From Candidatus Omnitrophota bacterium (lineage in GTDB: Bacteria; Omnitrophota; Gorgyraeia; Gygaellales; Profunditerraquicolaceae), in NCBI GenBank assembly GCA_016208765.1, contig JACQXK010000032.1, forward strand, positions 54,385 through 118,384: a DNA stretch of 64,000 nt, in the 5' to 3' direction. Positions 61,877 through 64,000 of the stretch are shown here, piece by piece. The notes under the pieces were generated by a model. That model was not told where the DNA came from. It worked only from the letters and a program-made list of their open reading frames with translations, and did no database searches. Positions within the stretch are counted from its first letter, which is position 1. Each line of letters opens with the position of its first letter. The position numbers were made by a program, and so were the translations under genes.

Positions 61877-62289
61877 TTCTTCTCTCTCTTACCGGTTAAT
61901 AACACCAATGCCAAAAAAGTAATAAACAGGCCGCTGGACACCAAAACACCAATCACGACATCATAAATCGGGATCAATCCGGCGCTAAAATGTTCAAATC
62001 TCTCTTTTAAAAACGGGGCCTTAAATCCCAGAAAACCCACAATTCCTAAGATCAAAAATGCCAACGCTCCGAGGCTTGAAATAATTATTCCTCTGGCTTC
62101 ATCAAGCCTTTTTAAGACCACGTCTTTCCCAAAAGCAAGCATCAAATGCACCAAAGACAATGCAATAATCACGCCGCCAGCAAAACCACCGCCGGGCCCG
62201 ATATGCCCTCTAAAAACAATATAGATCCCATAAATTAAAATAAGCCCGGCAGTCAGGCGCGTCACAGACTTAACAATCAGGCTCATACC
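61873..62289 (-). CDS. mrpB: Mrp antiporter subunit B
   Basis: MnhB motif GHIGPGGGFAGG. Confidence 0.7.
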   Translation of the reverse strand, partial: GMSLIVKSVTRLTAGLILIYGIYIVFRGHIGPGGGFAGGVIIALSLVHLMLAFGKDVVLKRLDEARGIIISSLGALAFLILGIVGFLGFKAPFLKERFEHFSAGLIPIYDVVIGVLVSSGLFITFLALVLLTGKREKK

Positions 62290-62299
62290 CGGAGCTTCT

Positions 62300-62821
62300 T
62301 TATTTTTCATCAATTTTTCCCGTCTTTCTGGTAATCGCCAATACTCCGATAATCGCGGTAAAAAGCACTGCTGCTTCAGCCAACGCGTCAAAACTTCTGA
62401 AATTTAAAGTAATCGCTGAAACAATATTTGCAGACCCTGTCTTCTCAAGCCCGCTTGTAACATACTCGTTGGAAACCCTCATCAAAGGTTGCCCAAAAAC
62501 AGGGATCTCTTTTAAAGCAAAGTAAGCAAAACTCAAAAACACAATCGCAAATAACATAGCTGAAACCGTATTAAAAAGCCAACGCCCATCACGAACCAGG
62601 GGCAGATCTTTATCAATAGTGGCGCGGATTAAAATGATCACATAAATAATTTCAACAACTAATTGTGTAATAGCCAAGTTCGGCGCCTTAAGGATCAAAA
62701 ATGCCAAACATAAGCCAAGCCCGGCAACGCTTAAGGCGATTAGGCTTGAAATCAAATCCTTGGTCTCTGCTGCGAACAGCGCAGCGCAAATCATAAAAAT
62801 AAGTATAAGATGGATTTCCAT
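62300..62821 (-). CDS. MrpA C-terminal-domain-like (MbhD/DUF4040-type) membrane subunit
   Basis: 173-aa polytopic membrane protein homologous to the MrpB-like C-terminal domain of MrpA. Here it is a separate gene. Confidence 0.5.
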   Translation of the reverse strand: MEIHLILIFMICAALFAAETKDLISSLIALSVAGLGLCLAFLILKAPNLAITQLVVEIIYVIILIRATIDKDLPLVRDGRWLFNTVSAMLFAIVFLSFAYFALKEIPVFGQPLMRVSNEYVTSGLEKTGSANIVSAITLNFRSFDALAEAAVLFTAIIGVLAITRKTGKIDEK

Positions 62822-62830
62822 TTTAAAGCT

Positions 62831-64000
62831 TTACCTCAAAAAGAAAAATAGTCCCAGCATCCCTAACAGCATCCAAATCAGATAAGTAGGCATAATGCCG
62901 TTATGCAGGAAACGTAAAAAATCTGATACCCTGAAAATCTTTTTCCCTTGCTCATAAATATCAAATACCCCTGCCTCTGCTTTCTTATAAACCATACGCA
63001 TAAGGCCTATATCTTTCACTGTATTATAAAATTCCGTTCCGGTAACCGCGTGCGCATCAGAATCCAATGCCTCTCCGCCAACAAAAGCCTGATCCTTACG
63101 GTAAACCGTTTTAGTGTTCAAATAAAATATTACAACCCCGCTAAATAAAGCGATCATTATTATTAACGTTGTAACCCCTGCATACCATCCTGAGAAAACA
63201 ATATTACCTAAAATAGGCTGAATAAAATAACGCAATGGTATCTGATTCGCAAACACGCCAAAAACTACGCAAATCAATGCCAGGATTGCAGGCGGCATCC
63301 ACATCTGCCATTTTACTTCGCTTATTTCTTTATTCTCCTGCTGGTTCATTCTCTGGCCCAAAAATACCGCATGTATCAATTTCATAAAACTGGCTAAAGT
63401 CAGGCTTGAGCCAAACATTGCCGCAACCAAACAAAACGCAACAATTAAACCGTTAAACCCTGAGCTCAGACGCTCAATTACACCCTGATAGATCATCCAT
63501 TTAGACACAAATCCGTTAAAAGGAGGTATGCCGCAAATAGAAAAAGAGGCAAACAAACAGCTAATATAGGTAATAGGCATGGTTTTCGCCAATCCGCCCA
63601 ATTTATTCAACTCCGTAGTCCCTGTTTTTTGCTCTACATTACCGGCTGCCAGGAAAAAACATTGTTTATAAATAGAATTATTAAGCATGTGGAAAATTGC
63701 TCCGGCAATACCAACAGCCGTGCCGGTTCCAATACCTAAGAGCATGTAACCTACCTGTGAAACAGCGTGATACCCCAACAGCCTTTTCATATTATGCTGA
63801 ATTAATGCCATCATTACCGCGGCAATAATTGTAACGGCGCCTGCGATCATCAGAAACATGTTCACCGCCGGGCTTAGCACAAATAAGTACAAAGAAATGC
63901 GCGCTAATAAATAGATCCCCAGCAATTTATCCACTGCCGCAGGAAGGTACGCCACAACGGGTAAAGGCGCCTTATCAGCACAATCAGGTATCCAGGAATG
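62831..64000 (-). CDS. mrpA: MrpA (NuoL-like) antiporter subunit; the 5' part lies beyond the window
   Basis: NuoL/MnhA-family membrane segments (HMLNNSIYKQCFFLAAGNV..., GIPPFNGFVSKW). The reading frame stays open to the window edge. Confidence 0.7.
   Translation of the reverse strand, partial: HSWIPDCADKAPLPVVAYLPAAVDKLLGIYLLARISLYLFVLSPAVNMFLMIAGAVTIIAAVMMALIQHNMKRLLGYHAVSQVGYMLLGIGTGTAVGIAGAIFHMLNNSIYKQCFFLAAGNVEQKTGTTELNKLGGLAKTMPITYISCLFASFSICGIPPFNGFVSKWMIYQGVIERLSSGFNGLIVAFCLVAAMFGSSLTLASFMKLIHAVFLGQRMNQQENKEISEVKWQMWMPPAILALICVVFGVFANQIPLRYFIQPILGNIVFSGWYAGVTTLIIMIALFSGVVIFYLNTKTVYRKDQAFVGGEALDSDAHAVTGTEFYNTVKDIGLMRMVYKKAEAGVFDIYEQGKKIFRVSDFLRFLHNGIMPTYLIWMLLGMLGLFFFLR

Overview
The window is a 64 kb, AT-rich (~38% GC) bacterial chromosomal segment of dense housekeeping genes, almost all on the minus strand. 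Content suggests an anaerobe: an Rnf complex (rnfCDGEAB), a Mrp-type antiporter module with a HycF-like Fe-S subunit, and a hydrogenase maturation protease. Main blocks are:
- a long de novo purine operon (purB, a purS-purS-purL fusion, a LOG-family gene, purQ, purF, purM, an SPFH gene, purD, purE);
- a ywlC/ywlE-rpiB-glyA block, then nrdR, a dCMP deaminase, cca, endonuclease III and a macro-NUDIX fusion;
- a multi-PAS sensor kinase and a GH94-like phosphorylase;
- eno, ftsB, ftsH, purN, an MFS transporter and cspA;
- a run of six secreted/lipoprotein genes ending at a tRNA-Phe whose 3' end is duplicated, an apparent integration footprint;
- a frameshifted NSS transporter, a cNMP-binding/patatin (NTE-like) phospholipase, a GH1 beta-glucosidase and mrpA-G.
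Three tRNAs are present (Met-CAT, Thr-CGU, Phe-GAA). I found no CRISPR array, integrase or transposase.
The most unusual signal is a GC-rich heptanucleotide tandem repeat, (GACAGGC/GCCTGTC)n, sitting in frame and in both orientations inside purM, purQ and the purS domains of purL. A separate 8-nt tandem repeat lies in the signal peptide of a lipoprotein gene. Other items worth a look are several structured non-coding regions (330-1170, 56273-56487, the purD/purE leaders, a nested palindrome in the eno/ftsH divergent promoter) and an orphan HycF-like subunit fused to a complete Mrp operon.
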